Below, one piece after another: positions 38,291-51,040 of a DNA stretch of 64,000 nt. Both the position numbers and the translations under genes were made by a program. Each line of letters begins with the position of its first letter. Positions within the stretch are counted from its first letter, which is position 1. Source of the stretch: Vicugna vicugna (taxonomy: Eukaryota); the NCBI GenBank assembly GCA_013265495.1, contig MU058153.1, positions 1,552,001-1,616,000 of the forward strand, read 5' to 3'. A model generated the notes under the pieces. It saw only the letters and a program-made list of their open reading frames with translations. It ran no database searches and had not been told where the DNA came from.

Positions 38291-41009
38291 AATGTTTCTC
38301 TTTAGAATGGGAAGATCTCAAGCAGAATGAAGTTAAAGTACAAAGATTTCTAAGCTATAATAAGCAAGTCAATTCATTAAGGCTTACATGTTTACTAAGT
38401 GCCAGGCCCTGTGTATCAAAGTGAGCATCAAAAAAAAAAAAAAAAAAGGAGGGGGAGCATGCACCTGCTTTCACATATTATGAAGCTGACAGAAGAGGTT
38501 AACGGGTAACAAAATGATATGAAATTGAATTATCTGTCTGTGTTCATGAGGAAAGTATATTTAAGGGGGTGAGGACATGTTAGTTACCCCATCACAAATA
38601 CAAAGTCCTAGGGATAAAAGCTTAGAACAAAGAAACAATAGTGGTACTCTGACTTTTAATAGATTTGTCAATGGATTTAGTCATTCTTGACTTTAATGAC
38701 TTTAATTTTTTGTTGATTTTATTTTATTGACTATAAAATTTTTTACTCACATTCCCTTGCGTGGTTCACAATGGGCAGCTTAAATTAGGAGGCTGCTTCA
38801 GTTTCTATGATGAGGTGAATGGAAAGCTCTTCAAGAACCTCAGTTTTCAAGGCTGAAAGTATATAAACCCCGGCTTTTGACTGGTTTTGCCGTCTTACTG
38901 CTCACATTTTAATCAGTTGATGCCTAGTTTAGACTGGTATCTGGCTGAGTTGGGACATGTTTGATCTTAGGACAAGGGTCCAATAATAAATACATATCCC
39001 ACAGAGCCTTTTAGCTTTTGTCTAGGTGAAAAGTCTCTTTTATCATCAAGGGTTCTTTGATGTAAGGGACCCTCTGGGCTTTTGATGTGCCAAGTGCTCA
39101 GAATGGGAGATTGTCTTCGCCATTCCAGTTCTGGCTTTGTGAAAGCGAAGAACTAAATGACTTTTAGGCAACTGGGAACTACATACACGTGCAAATCACA
39201 ACTCCATTTCCTTCTTCTAGTATATTCTCAAGTTGCTGTCAGTGCAAATCAGCTCATACGACATTGGTTTTAGATTTATTCCCTGTATGGTAGTCTCTCT
39301 TCTTTCTTTTTTTCCCTATACCATACAACTCACTTTTAGATATTTCATCATGGCTAACAAAATAACCATCTTTCATTTTCACCAATACTTTACACATTTT
39401 TAACAATACTTACCAAAAGTGATGAATATACAGTGTAGACTAGACTAGGGTACACAAGGCATGCAGATACAATTATAACAAATATGAAGGTGTAGTCTAT
39501 TCGGAGATGCTAATGAGTATATTAGGGAAAACACACAGGAAAGGCGTCTCACGCTTAGAGGAAGAGATAAGACTGGAGGAGATACTTAAAGATTTATAGG
39601 TAGAGTTAAGATGGTGACTATTTAGCGCCCTGGAGTGGGAATGGAAAGAAGTGGATGGTTTCAAGAGATTGTTAGGTCTTTGACAGGATACAGTGTTGGA
39701 TATATTTTAAGGGTACAAGAGAAGGAAAAATAATTGAAGAAACTTAGTTTTTAACTTGGGGAAATTACTGCCATGTAGTTCCATTCACTGATATAGATTG
39801 GAAACTGAAGATGACCAGTAAATGTTTGAAAACATGGTCTGGAGCTCAGAAAGGAAAACTGGGCAGCCAGCAGGGTTGCAAAAGTCTCCAGCATAACATT
39901 ACTAATTGATGCCATCGGAGTGGCCGATTTCAGGCAGCAGGGGGATCAGCACAGGCAGAGAGATGCCAGTGTGGAGTATTTTTACAATGTGGCAAGTAAC
40001 AAGAGAGGAGACTGGAGACTGGAGAGGGACCTGGTGATGCAGAGCTTTGAAATCAGCATTAAGAGGTTTGGAACCTTTTTTTCCTTTATGAATTGGAGAC
40101 ATCTGTTTATTTGTTTCTTTTTAATTACACGTATATTGTTGATAGGCAGTTTGAGTGTTCGGTTTGTGTATGTGTTTGTGGCTATCGGGGGGGCAGTCTC
40201 TGATCATGCTAATGAGGCAGCGGGGCCAATAAATGACAAACCGTCAGGCAAGCGATATTTGAGTCTAAGGTTAGTGGTTCTAGACATGGTGGGGAAACAC
40301 TGTACTGCAGTCTCCTGCATTTGACTAAATGGATATGTTTGTTTGGGATGGTGATACATAACAGGGAAGGACTAATCATACTTAGCAACTAGGTTATGTA
40401 GGTGGAGCAAGAACGTGGCAGTGAGCATCCTTCCCCTTAGAAAGACTAGATCAAATCTGTGTCCTCTTTGATGGTTCAAATGTCTGCGTAAGCTCACTGC
40501 AACATTAGTTTTCTAACTATTGACTGTTTCATCAAAAGTGGTCGTTTTCAGTACAGAATCTGCCACTAGGTTCAAAACAAATATTTGTGAATATAGTAAT
40601 TAAATGTTATCACAATAATTAATAATTATATTTTCCTTTGGGTTCACAAAGACAAAATTGCATTTCAAATTATAAATGTACAAGATACATTTTTTTTGTT
40701 TATATGCAGTCTTTTTTTCCCTTTAAGCAAATACATTCCAGTAGTATACAAGTGACCTGTTCTAAATAGAAGTCTCAGAAATACGGATCAATACCCAGGG
40801 CAATGCTAGGAAGACAAAGAGGTAGGGATAATCCATCAGGACCAACCACAAAATAAGCTTAGGGTCTTTAGATTTGGTAATATGGGAATGGTTACTATTT
40901 TGAACAAGTGATTCTGGGAAGACAAAGATATGGACAAGGAAACTGCAAGTGTTTCTGCCCAGCTTTTTGCTTCTCAAAATTGTTGTGCTCTGTTTTTAAA
41001 TTTGTCCTT

Positions 41010-41460
41010 TCATTTTAAACTTTTGATTTTGAAATACTTTCATATAAAATAATCACAAATATACAATAAGAGATTTTCATTTACCCTTCACTCAGCTACC
41101 TCAAATGATAACATTTTATGTAAACACAATGATCAAAAATTATGAAATTAACATTTATGTAAAACTATTTCAAATTTTATCAAATGTCTCGGTAATTTCT
41201 CTTTTTTTGTTTTTTCCCTTTTAAAAACACAAAAGTGTGGATCCAATTCAGGATCCCACATTCCATTTAGTTTTCACATCTCCTTAGCCTCTTTTGACCT
41301 GGGAGAGTTCTGCAATCTCTCTTTGTCTTTCATGACCTCTGTATTTTTCATTGGCCAGAAATTGTGTAAAATGTTCCAGTTTGGGTCTGATGCTTTCTTA
41401 CGAGTAAATTCAAGTTACGAAAGTTTGGCAAAAATATACCACAGAATGATGTATGCATTA
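41010..41460 (-). mobile_element. Old L1 3' end fragment (L1MC-like)
   Basis: TTTACCCTTCACTCAG...GGATCCAATTCAGGATCCCACATTCCATTTAGTT...CTTTGTCTTTCATGACC...TTTGGCAAAAATATACCACAGAA. Confidence 0.7.
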
Positions 41461-41793
41461 CACGTTGGGACTTTTGATGAATCCCACTTATCAACAGTTA
41501 CTCTCTTTACTGTCACATTTTTTTTAAAAATGGAGAAATAGAATTTGGCGCTACATAGGGATAAAGAATATATGCTTTATTATTTATGAAGCTGAATTAG
41601 ATAATAGACCTTAAACTTGAGTCCTCTCGCTCCTAAATTGAGCTTCTTACTGCCTCTGCCTTTGCAAAACGACATGACTTCCCTGGCGGAGGTCGGGGCT
41701 GTTCAGACATGCGTATCTTATGGGGGAGAGGCGCAAACTCCGACATCATTACCCTTGTCCAGGGAAATCCATGGGCCAATAGCAGCTATACAG

Positions 41794-42139
41794 TGGTAGT
41801 TGTCAGGGATATTCACGAAGTACTTTTTTCTTTTTTGCTTCTAGGCACGTGGTAAAATTCTACTTTTCTGCCCCCATGAAGTTAGATACAACTTCAGCCA
41901 ATGGCATGTGAGAAAAATGTCATTTCTTAAAGGAAGACTCCTTACCTTCTGCCATAGGGATGGTAACTACTGGCTCAGCCTGGGTCCTTGAATGGGGGAG
42001 GTATGGGGAAGAGCTATCAGCTGATCTGAAGTAGTCCTATAGCATGAGTGAAACGTAAACCTTTGGTGGTCTGAACCTGTGAGCTTTGGGTAGGGGTATG
42101 ATTGCTAATGGAACATGGGCTAGACTGTGCTAAATAACA
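41794..42139 (+). mobile_element. Old MaLR LTR (MLT1I/J-like)
   Basis: CAGCCAATGGCATGTGAG...CAGCCTGGGTCC...TAGCATGAGTGAAACGTAAACCTTTG; ends AATAACA. Confidence 0.6.
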
Positions 42140-42409
42140 GAGACCGGTTCCATCTTACCAGCAAGATAAGTCAGTTTCCAGCCCTTGGGAAGTAGTTTTC
42201 TCCCCAGCAAGGGGAAGAAAAGCATTGATGGAAGTTCTAATTTTATGGGACAGCAGGGTCTTTGAAAGAGAGAACTTTGTCCCTTTTCCAGAAGACAATA
42301 ATGATACATAGTAATAACTATATTATAGAGAAAACAATCAAGATACATAAATATAAACAATATACAAATACAATAGAAAGTATAAAAAATAGCATCAGTG
42401 ACAGCTGAC

Positions 42410-42620
42410 ATGGTAGCATGCCTATCACGTACCACTAATGGAGAGGAATTTTACATGTATTTTCTCTTTCATTTCCCACGAGAGCCTTATGAGGTAGCCC
42501 TTGTTATCTGTCAACTTTATTAATAAAGAGCTGAAGCTTAAAAATTTTAACTCTCTCACCCAAAGACTCAGATAGTAAGAAGTGAAACTCGAATTCAAAT
42601 CCAGCTCTATTGGCTCCACT
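42410..42620 (-). mobile_element. MIR
   Basis: CCTTATGAGGTAG...CTGAAGCTTA...CACCCAAAG...GAATTCAAATCCAG. Confidence 0.7.
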
Positions 42621-42842
42621 GTTCTGTATATTAAAATCTATATATTTTAATATATATATATAATATATTTTAATATAAATATTTTATATATAGAGAGAGA
42701 CAGCTGGGGAGAGAGGTTTGGTGTGAAATATTTGCATTAGTAATACCTGGAATATTTAGCTTTTCTTAAAAAGTTTCATAGAGGAATTAAATATGATTGT
42801 CCATGACCCTTGAAAATAGAATTTCTGTGAAACATTAGGTAA

Positions 42843-43161
42843 TTCAATTATTTCTTAAGACTGCTGTAACCAATGACCATGAACTGAGTAGCTTAAAACA
42901 AGAAGAATTTATTATTTCACATTTCGAGGGCCTGGAGGTCCACAATCAAGGTATCTCCAGTGCCATGCTCCTTCGGAGGGGCACAGAGAAAATCCTTCCT
43001 TTCTAACTTCTGGTTGTTCTAACAAGCTATGGGTTCCTTGGCTTGTAGCTGCATCACTCCAACCTCTGTCTCTGTCTTCACATGGCATTCTTCTCTCTGC
43101 GTCTTTGTATGACTTCTCCTCTTTTTATAAGGATTCTAGTCATCAGATTTAGAGCCCACCC
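42843..43161 (-). mobile_element. MLT1 (C/D-like) LTR, 3' portion
   Basis: CTGCTGTAACCAATGACCATGAACTGAGTAGCTTAAAACAA...TTCCTTGGCTTGTAGCTGCATCACTCCAA...TTTAGAGCCCACCC. Confidence 0.85.
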
Positions 43162-43278
43162 AAAATAATGCCAGCTTTCATGATTCTTACTTTTATGCTA
43201 GAGACTAACTTCTCCCAAGCTTGTTCGGTGGCTACTTTAGGGCCGAGTCGTCCATAGGAAGATTTTTGTTTTGCTAAT

Positions 43279-43372
43279 TGTGCTGGGCTGAATGTACCCT
43301 AAAGCTTAGACTGACCCAGAACCTCAAACTATGACCTTATTTGGAGTAGGGTCTTTGCAATTGTAAAATAAT
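43279..43372 (+). mobile_element. MLT1 LTR 5' portion, opposite orientation to the neighbouring piece
   Basis: TGTGCTGGGCTGAATG...CCCAGAACCTCAAACTATGACCTTATTTGGAGTAGGGTCTTTGCAATTGTAA. Confidence 0.75.
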
Positions 43373-43694
43373 TACGGAATTTTCTGCTCTTAGGAGTCGT
43401 TATCTGTAGATTTTGGGTGTTCAAGCAAATCTATTGCTTTGGGACATTTTAGAATGACTCGGGCTGCCTCAGAGGGTATTGCAAAAAAAAATGCTAAGAT
43501 TCTTTAAAATATGTAAATTTGCTTTAAGATGACTTTATCATTTATAAATGTTGTAATAGAGATTACAGTAGTTGTAGATATCACATTTATGCTCATCACT
43601 ACTTCAAATTTACCAGTTGTTTTGAGAGCTATGGCTAGATACTGCTGTTTTATGTGCTGTTTTTCTAGAGCTGAGAAACTTCAGTTACTCCTAA

Positions 43695-44347
43695 TGATGC
43701 AGAAAAAACAGATGTGGAGTGGGAGGAGAGCCATGTCCCAGGCTTCGGTTGAGCCCCTAGGACATGCTCCGCCAGGTATGGGTCCTTGGCTTGGTGCAAG
43801 AAAGAATTCAAGAGCGAGCCACAGTTCAGTAAAGGTAGATTTATTTAGAGAGATGCATACTGCATAGAGCATAGGCTGTTTCAAAAGGTAAGAGGAAAGG
43901 CCACGAGGTATGGTGGTTGGGTGCTCAGATTAGAGTAAAAGGAGGTACACACTCCATAGACAGAGTGCGGGCCATCTCCAACGAAGGGGGAGAGAGAGTG
44001 AGGCCTGGAGGGGCAGTGTTGCCAGTTTTTATGGGCTCAGTGGCTTCATATGCTAATAAGTGGAAGGACCAGTCTAACTAGCCTGGGAAGGGGGCTGGGA
44101 TTCCCAAGAAGTTGGCCATTTCCCAGTTTTTGACCTTTTGTGGCTAGCCTTGGGACTGTCATATTGCCTGTGGGCATGTTATTCACCATGCTAACATGTG
44201 ACAGTGAGCATGTAATGAAGCTCAAGGAAGTCACACCTCCCACCATCTTGAGCCTCGAGGCCTACTGGGGGTTGAACCCTCAGCCATCCTGATGTTAACT
44301 GTTGTGTTGCTCTTTGAATGGCTGTGCCCCGCCCCCTTCCTGTCTCA
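43695..44347 (-). mobile_element. Solo ERV1-like LTR (copy B), same family as 1877-2533
   Basis: TG...CA termini, exact 4-bp TSD CTAA (43691-43694 and 44348-44351), same AATAAA and TATA-like positions as copy A. Confidence 0.92.
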
Positions 44348-44519
44348 CTAATATTTGCTTAACTGGATTTCAATACATTTGGCCCCCCTGGTGAAAAAAT
44401 GACATCATTCAGAATTTTCAGAGTAGGGTAAAAACAAATTTAAAAAGATGGGAAACCCCTCACTAAGGTTCAGAAATCTTTAGGGGTATGCTGATTCACA
44501 TTTCTGATTTCAACTTACT

Positions 44520-46260
44520 TATTTCTAAATGCATGTGATGCGTGCTTATTCATTGTGGTACCCTGTGCGAGAGGCCAAGATGCATATGAATAAGGATGAA
44601 ACACAGTTCTTCTGACCCTAACTGGGAGTTGGTGTGAAGATATAAGAAAATGGTAACAAAGGATTACACATATTCAACAGCAGTGGGACACAGCATTTTA
44701 AGAAAAAACGGGAATGTGTTAAGAAAGAGATTCACGTGTGAAATTCATAGGTAGAATTTTCACAGGCAAAAGGGTTAAGGGGGACATTCTAGACAGAGGA
44801 TGTATTGGGAGCAAAAGCACTAATGTTGGAAAGTTAAGGGTTTTGTTTGCTTGTTTGTTTTTGCCACAGTTTGGTCTCTGTGTTTGGCAGCACCTTAGAG
44901 ATGCTGTTGGAAAGACAGTTCATCAATATCTCAGAGGAACTGAACACAAAGACAAGAAATTCATTCTTAATTTGGGAGGTGTTGAAGAGTTGGGAAGTGT
45001 CTGAGCAGGTTATTGTCAGAGCTATAATTTAGGGAGATTAATCTGGTTGCAGGATGTTGCCTTGGAGAGAAAGGAGGCAGTAGACCAGTGAGAAGGCTAT
45101 TATAATGACAAAGTAGAGATGTTATAAAGGCCTGGATTAAGGTAATGTAGGTGAAAATGAGCAAAATATGAAGGACACTGAGAGTATACACTAGGTTTCC
45201 CCCTCCCCCAGTTTGAAAGGGATATGTTCCCAGACTCCCAGTGGATGCCTGAAATCGTGGATAGCCCCAAACCATATATGTGCTATGTTGTTTTCTTACA
45301 CATACCTACCTATGATAAAACTTAATTTATATATACAGCACAATACAAAATGAACAACTATACTTGATAATCATATAGAACAATAATAGCAATATATTGT
45401 AATAAAAGTTATGTGAGTGCGTCTCTCTCAAAATATCTTACTGTACAAATTCAATGCCTTTCCCATCTTAACTAAGCACTTATCACACACGGTGGCTGTA
45501 ACTTTTACAGTTTGAAGCACAACAGGAAATCTAGAATGGGTTTCATGTTCCTTCACAGTTTCATGAATAGCAGGTCATTCTTACCACAGATCTTAGCAAC
45601 CTCAGCATACAGGTTTTTTTCTTTTTACATTAAGTTGAGAACTTCCACCTTTTCACTTAAGGGAAGCACTTTACAGCTTCTCTTTGGAGTAGCTCAACTG
45701 CCAACATCACTACTGTTGTACTTCGGGGTTGTTATTATGTGAAACAAGGGTCACTTGAACACAAGCACTGTGATACCACAACCGTTGATCCGATACCCAA
45801 GCCAACTGCTAAGTGACTAACGGGCAGGGTAAGCTGGACCAAGAGATGATTCACGCCCTGGGCGGGATGGATCAGGAAGGTGCCAGCTTTCATGACGATA
45901 CTCAGAACAGCACCCAAATTGAACCTTATGAATTGCTTACCTCTGGAATTTCCCAGTTAATATTTTCAGACTATGGTTGACTACGGGTAACTGAAACTGC
46001 AAAAAGCGAAACTGCAGGAAAGGAGGAGACGGCTGTCAAATCTATGTGAATTTAGTAAGCGCCTGGACAGTGGAAGTGCTGAAGGAGGAGTCAAATCTGT
46101 GTGACTGGTGCTATTAACAGTTATTTTAAGGGAAAGGTGACAAATTCTATTTTGGATGTGATGGGTTTATACTGTCAGTGGCCTTTGGGCAAGATTTCCA
46201 GATGGAGACGTTAAGAGGTTGATTAGAAATGTGTTTCCAAAAAAGGGGCTGATATCAAGA
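44520..46260 (-). mobile_element. L2 fragment interrupted by Tigger7/MER44
   Basis: GGAGGCAGTAGACCAGTGAGAAGGCTATT...GGCCTGGATTAAGGTAATG before the insertion; L2-like sequence resumes after 46036. Confidence 0.6.
45189..46035 (-). mobile_element. Tigger7/MER44 internally deleted DNA transposon
   Basis: Degenerate TIRs, TA at the left flank; minus strand encodes a transposase N-terminal relic PKRSCKVLPLSEKVEVLNL...YAEVAKICGKN with stops. Confidence 0.88.
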
Positions 46261-47309
46261 AAGAGAGGTGCAAAAGACCAGAATTCGTCTGATTCTGACT
46301 AAGAGAGAACTTCACCTTGAATACTTTGAATTGATGAATCGCCCCCATTCAAATAACCAGGCTTTCAACTTGATCAAAGTGTCGTGGAGATTTGGTTTCC
46401 TTCAGTTTGCTGTGATTTCTAGTCATATATATTTGTGCTCTCTTCACAGCTTGGATGGGGTTTAACAAGGACCAGCATTGCACTGTTTCAGTATGATCCG
46501 GGTTAGAAAGTTACGTTCAGCAGAAAAGCTGTTCTTAGGCAATTTTCCTGTCCAATTTACAAATCAAGGAGTTCTGATCTGTTTTCTAAACTTGAGGTGC
46601 TCGTTCTAGCAAACAGAAATGGATATACTGCTTGTTAACCTTCATAGTCTACTCAGCTGTTCTTTCTTCCTTAGAGCAAAATGATTTAGGGTAGTAATAT
46701 GAAAGGAAATGAACTAACATGATATAAAAAATGGTGCATAACTGGGAACCTTAACTAAGTTCAGAGTTGCTGCTGATTACTTTCCGATCTCATTCTTTAT
46801 TTGCAAATGCCACTGCCTCATGGCCACTGAGTTCTTATTATATTATTGCATCATTAATCATTATAGGAATCCCAATACAGCTCCAGGATAAACACAGGCA
46901 TGCTCTATCTTTCACTTACGTCTCGCGATGTCTCTCCTTTCCTTCATTATCGTATTGGAGCTTGCATTTAAATAGCCACTTGTTTCTGAAATATTTTCAA
47001 AGTGCTTTATGATCACTGATGTGAAACTCTCTGGGGAGAAAAGCAACAAATATTTGGAATTGCATTGGAAGGTGCATTTAGAGTTTAGGAATGGAAAACC
47101 TCACATGCATTTGAATGGGGGGAAGATTCAGTAGGTTAGATGGACTCATGCTTGTATTTAACAAGGTAGTGAAAATGTGATATCCCAGTGGAAAATAAAA
47201 TTTAACATTAAATGAAGTCGTCTGGTCACTTATGCACTTTAAGTGTAAGGAAATTAATGCTTTACAAATCTGACCTAATCAAAAAAATATACAAATAGAT
47301 AACATGGAA

Positions 47310-47680
47310 AATATTTAGTTAACAAATATTTATTAAGAATGTGTTATAGGCTGGGTACTACATTAAGTGCTCTGATATATTAGCAAGCAAACAAAGCAAA
47401 GATCATTTTTACTGGGGTAAAACAGGCACTAAACTGTAGAGAAAATGAATAAATACTGTATGTATTAAAAGCAAAGAAATACTTTAGGAGCAAAATTTTA
47501 GAACAGGAGAAATGGGATTGATTATGAGGTAAAGGCAGACAAGCTGTCATTTTAAATGGTGTAATCAGGGTAGGTGTCACAAAGAAGGTGAGATTTGATA
47601 AGAGAATGAAAGGAAAGAAGGAGTTAGCTGTGTAGCTATGAGAGGGGAGGGAAGGTTGCATAGCAGGAAGGGAATGTCGC
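47310..47680 (-). mobile_element. L2 3' fragment
   Basis: TTAACAAATATTTATTAAG...GTAATCAGGGTAGGTGTCACAAAGAAGGTGAGATTTGA. Confidence 0.7.
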
Positions 47681-47814
47681 TGAAAATACTAGTATAAGTC
47701 CAATTCATTATGAATTACACCTTCCATTAACAGGCTTTGACTGCATACAGAAAATGACCTCCATTCAGGTAGATAATTTAATAGATTTCCCTGTATTTAA
47801 GCTCTTTTCTTCTA

Positions 47815-48028
47815 CAGCAATAGTTGTTAAATCATACCCAGGGGCTAATTCTGGCTCGCTGCTTATTTTTGTAAATTTTTGTAAATACATAAAGTTTTAT
47901 TGAACATATTGTCTGTGGCTACTCAATTCATGCTGCAATGGCAGAACCGAGTATGAACAGAGAACGTTTCCCTTGCAAAGCCGAAAACATTTACTTTGTG
48001 GTTATTACAGAAAAGCTCGTCAACTCCT
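47815..48028 (+). mobile_element. MER58A-like MITE
   Basis: TTTTTGTAAAT...AAAGTTTTATTGAACATATTGTCTGTGGCTAC...GCAAAGCCGAAAACATTTACT...TACAGAAAAG. Confidence 0.7.
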
Positions 48029-48294
48029 CTTCTATGATATTCAATATATCATAAAATGAATGAATCAGAACTCCTCTAAGATCCTTGAAGACAATGCTTT
48101 AAATGGGAGATCATAAACTTTTTGAGAAATTTGGGTGTGACTCTGAGCAAGTTACTTAACTTCCTTTATACTGGGTTTCCTTCAATACCTACTTCATAGA
48201 GTCCAGGGGGTTAACTGAGATGATGTATTTGGTGTGCCAGCCCAGAGATGATCTGACTCATGCAGTAAAACTCAATAATCTAAATATAACTAAG

Positions 48295-48538
48295 GCTATT
48301 TGTTTTAAGTTATTGCTATAACATATTACCACAAACAAAATGATTTAAAACAAAACCCTTGTGATCATATTGGGCCCACAAGGATTATACAGTATAACTC
48401 ACCATCTCAAGGTCCACTGATTAGCAGCATTTACTTCATCAGCAGACTTAATTCCTCTTTGTTGTAATACCTGACCTATTCACAGGTTGGGGATTAGTAT
48501 CTGGATGTCTTTGGAGGACCATTATTTTGCCCACAACC
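48295..48538 (-). mobile_element. MLT1 (D/E-like) LTR with internal deletion
   Basis: ATTGCTATAACATATTACCACAAAC joined to CCTTGTGATCATATTGGGCCCAC...CCATCTCAAGGTCC...GGGGATTAG...CCATTATTTTGCC. Confidence 0.7.
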
Positions 48539-49012
48539 CGTTAAAGGCCACCATGTATCTTGCCAAAGGCCATTCAGCTAACCGCCTGTAGAGTCAAGAG
48601 TAGGACAAATGTGTCCTGACATTTGTTGAATGTTAAATATCCTTTTAAATTATTTTATGCTGCCTTCAGTAGTGGAAGACATTTACTTAATTTGACAGAA
48701 GGCACTGAAGCTGCACTACATTAATAGAATATATTTTCTTTTAAAAAAATCTGATTATTTATTTTAAAGCTCTCTTCCATCAGGACCTCATTAGCATCTG
48801 AGAGACGGCACAGTCAAAAAGGAAGAAATGTTTACCAATGCTGTAGGATTCTGTTCTAAGCTTTGACTGAAATAGGCTTGCTTTATTAAATTCTAACCAC
48901 GGGTCAAGGTGAGCTTAGATCAGGAAACAGCATAAAGGTGGGAAAAACAAAACTGTACCTCTTCTAAACACTCATAAATATTTTCCTCCAAAACAATGAG
49001 GATCTTCAGGAT

Positions 49013-49490
49013 GGTGGCAGAGGCCACCAGATGCCCCCCTCCTCGGTGCCCATTTTCTTTTTATGTAGTAATATAAGTCCTACCTGAGCACATGGCTACA
49101 CATCTAGCCATACTGTACTTTCTCCCATGCACCTAAATGTGGCCATGTGACTAGGTTCTGTTCAATAGCACATCCACAAATGAGGTGAGCACAAGATCAG
49201 GGCCATGGCCATAAAAGAAAGAGTACACTTCTTCCCCTCCCTTTTTATCTCCACATTGTCTCTGCTGCAGGTCTAGGTAAAAGTGGTACCTTTAAAACAC
49301 GATCTGTGTACTACATGTGGAGGAAGACAAAGGCCAAAAGACAGAAGAATGAATGTGTGATCTCTTTTACCCTCCGTGACAGCCTTGAATTTCTATGTAA
49401 AATAAAAATAAAATTGTGTATTACATAAGCCACTTTGTTTTGGGGTCTCTTGTTACAGAGGCCTGGTCAGCATCCTTACTGACTAATACA
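49013..49490 (+). mobile_element. Old MaLR LTR (MLT1H/J-like)
   Basis: TGTGGCCATGTGACTAGGTTCTG...TAAGCCACTTTGTTTTGGGGTCTCTTGTTACAG...TGACTAATACA end. Confidence 0.7.
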
Positions 49491-49676
49491 TTCCCTTGGT
49501 GAGTATACCTCATCCCTCAAATATAATTCTACATCCATACCATCAACTGATCCATGTTCATGTCTAGAAACTAGCAAGTCAGTTAAAATGGAAGCCAGCA
49601 AATAAAGACCAAACATAAATGGTGCTTGGAAGCATGAGATTCTTTTGGTGATGAGTAGCTTTCTAGAAGGAAAAGT

Positions 49677-49809
49677 GGGGGGAGGGTATAGCTCAGTGGT
49701 AAGCATGCATTTAGCATGCACGAGGTCCTGGGTTCAATCCCCAGTGCCACTGTTAAATAAATAAATAAACCTAATTACCACCCCACCCCCCCCGAAAAAA
49801 ACAAATAAG
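49677..49809 (+). mobile_element. tRNA-Ala-derived SINE (camelid Vic-1-like)
   Basis: A box TAGCTCAGTGG, B box GGTTCAATCC, (TAAA)n, C-run and A-rich tail; flanking AGGAAAAG repeat (49668-49675 and 49810-49817). Confidence 0.88.
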
Positions 49810-50911
49810 AGGAAAAGGGCCTTTGCTCTTGTTCACGTTTAAAAAGACAAAACAAAACAAAACAAAACCAGAATGTCTTCGTGACTATTTCATCATTTTT
49901 AAAATTTCCTAGTTAGCTCTAAAACGTGTAGGTCATTTTAAAAGCTACAAACGTGTTGACACTATAAATAGAACAGAAGGAGGAATTGAAAGAAATCTAT
50001 TCATAATTTCACACGGATTTGCAGTTTGGAACACATTCCTACCCATTGCTCAAACACAATCAAGAAAGAAAAAATGTGCCCAAATAGTTTTAGCTGTTAC
50101 AGGACTACTGAACTCCAAAGGACAAAAATTAGGAGAGTGTATGTACAGTGTTTTAGAAAGGATAGTATATTGTACTGCTTAAGATTACTGGGCCAGTTCT
50201 GGGGTCAGGAAGACCTAGCTTTCATCCTCAGTTTTGCCATCATCGTGCCCTGTCGACTTGAGCGAGTTGCTTCAACTCTGTGTCTGTTTCCTAATCTGTG
50301 CAATGAGATAACCCTACAGCTCTTCCTTTCTATGGCAGTTACAAGAATGTGTTATATATCACACATAGACAAGTGCCAAGCCAACTGTAAACACACAGCA
50401 AAAATTAGCTGATAAAACTGGTGTTAATACTAGTAGTTTTAACATGTGTTTATTCACTAAAATCCAAATTTGGCCAGCTATCAGAATTACCAGAGGAACT
50501 TGAATTTAAAGTTTCATCTACAGAAGTTTTGATTCAGTAAGTCTGGATTAGGCTCTCTGAGTTACATTTTTTTCAACTTCAAAATTTGAGTAGTTACTGT
50601 GATAGCGCGATGCCATCCATCTGGCATTTGGTAGCCTCTTACTTTGACTACCAAGCCAGATAGAGCTCTGCGCCAGTAATGATAATAATGGCATGCATTG
50701 CATTTTAGACAGCACTTCTTTTTTTTCCAGTTCACAATCACCCTTGAAGTGTGTTAATATCCCCATTTTACACATAAGAAAATTAGAAATGTTGCTTGTT
50801 CATTCAAATAGATTAGAAACTATAAATCTTTTATATCTATGATATTTTAGAAGATGTATATATAACATTTTAAACGGATCCGAAGCAAGAACTAGGCTCA
50901 CCTAGGGACTT

Positions 50912-51040
50912 TTAATATTTTCTTCTTGGGGGGGGTAATTCAGTTTGTTTGTTTGTTTGTTTCGATGGAGGTACTGGGGATTGAACCCAGGACCCTGTGC
51001 TTGCTAAGCATGCACTCTACCACTGAGCTATATCCACCCC
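50912..51040 (-). mobile_element. tRNA-Ala-derived SINE (camelid Vic-1-like)
   Basis: Minus strand GGGGTGGATATAGCTCAGTGGTAGAGTGCATGCTTAGCAAGCACAGGGTCCTGGGTTCAATCCCCAGTACCTCCA plus (CAAA)n, AATTACCCCC and A-rich tail as in the 49677 copy. Confidence 0.88.

Noticed and set aside
2534..43694. Possibility that the two LTRs delimit one giant provirus that captured LRRC4C
   Set aside because: Each LTR has its own distinct TSD, the copies are clearly diverged, and I saw no gag/pol/env sequence between them.
50966..51040. Apparent tRNA-Ala(AGC) gene on the minus strand (also 49677-49750 on plus)
   Set aside because: Stem mismatches, extra 5' bases and the shared downstream tail show these are tRNA-derived SINEs.
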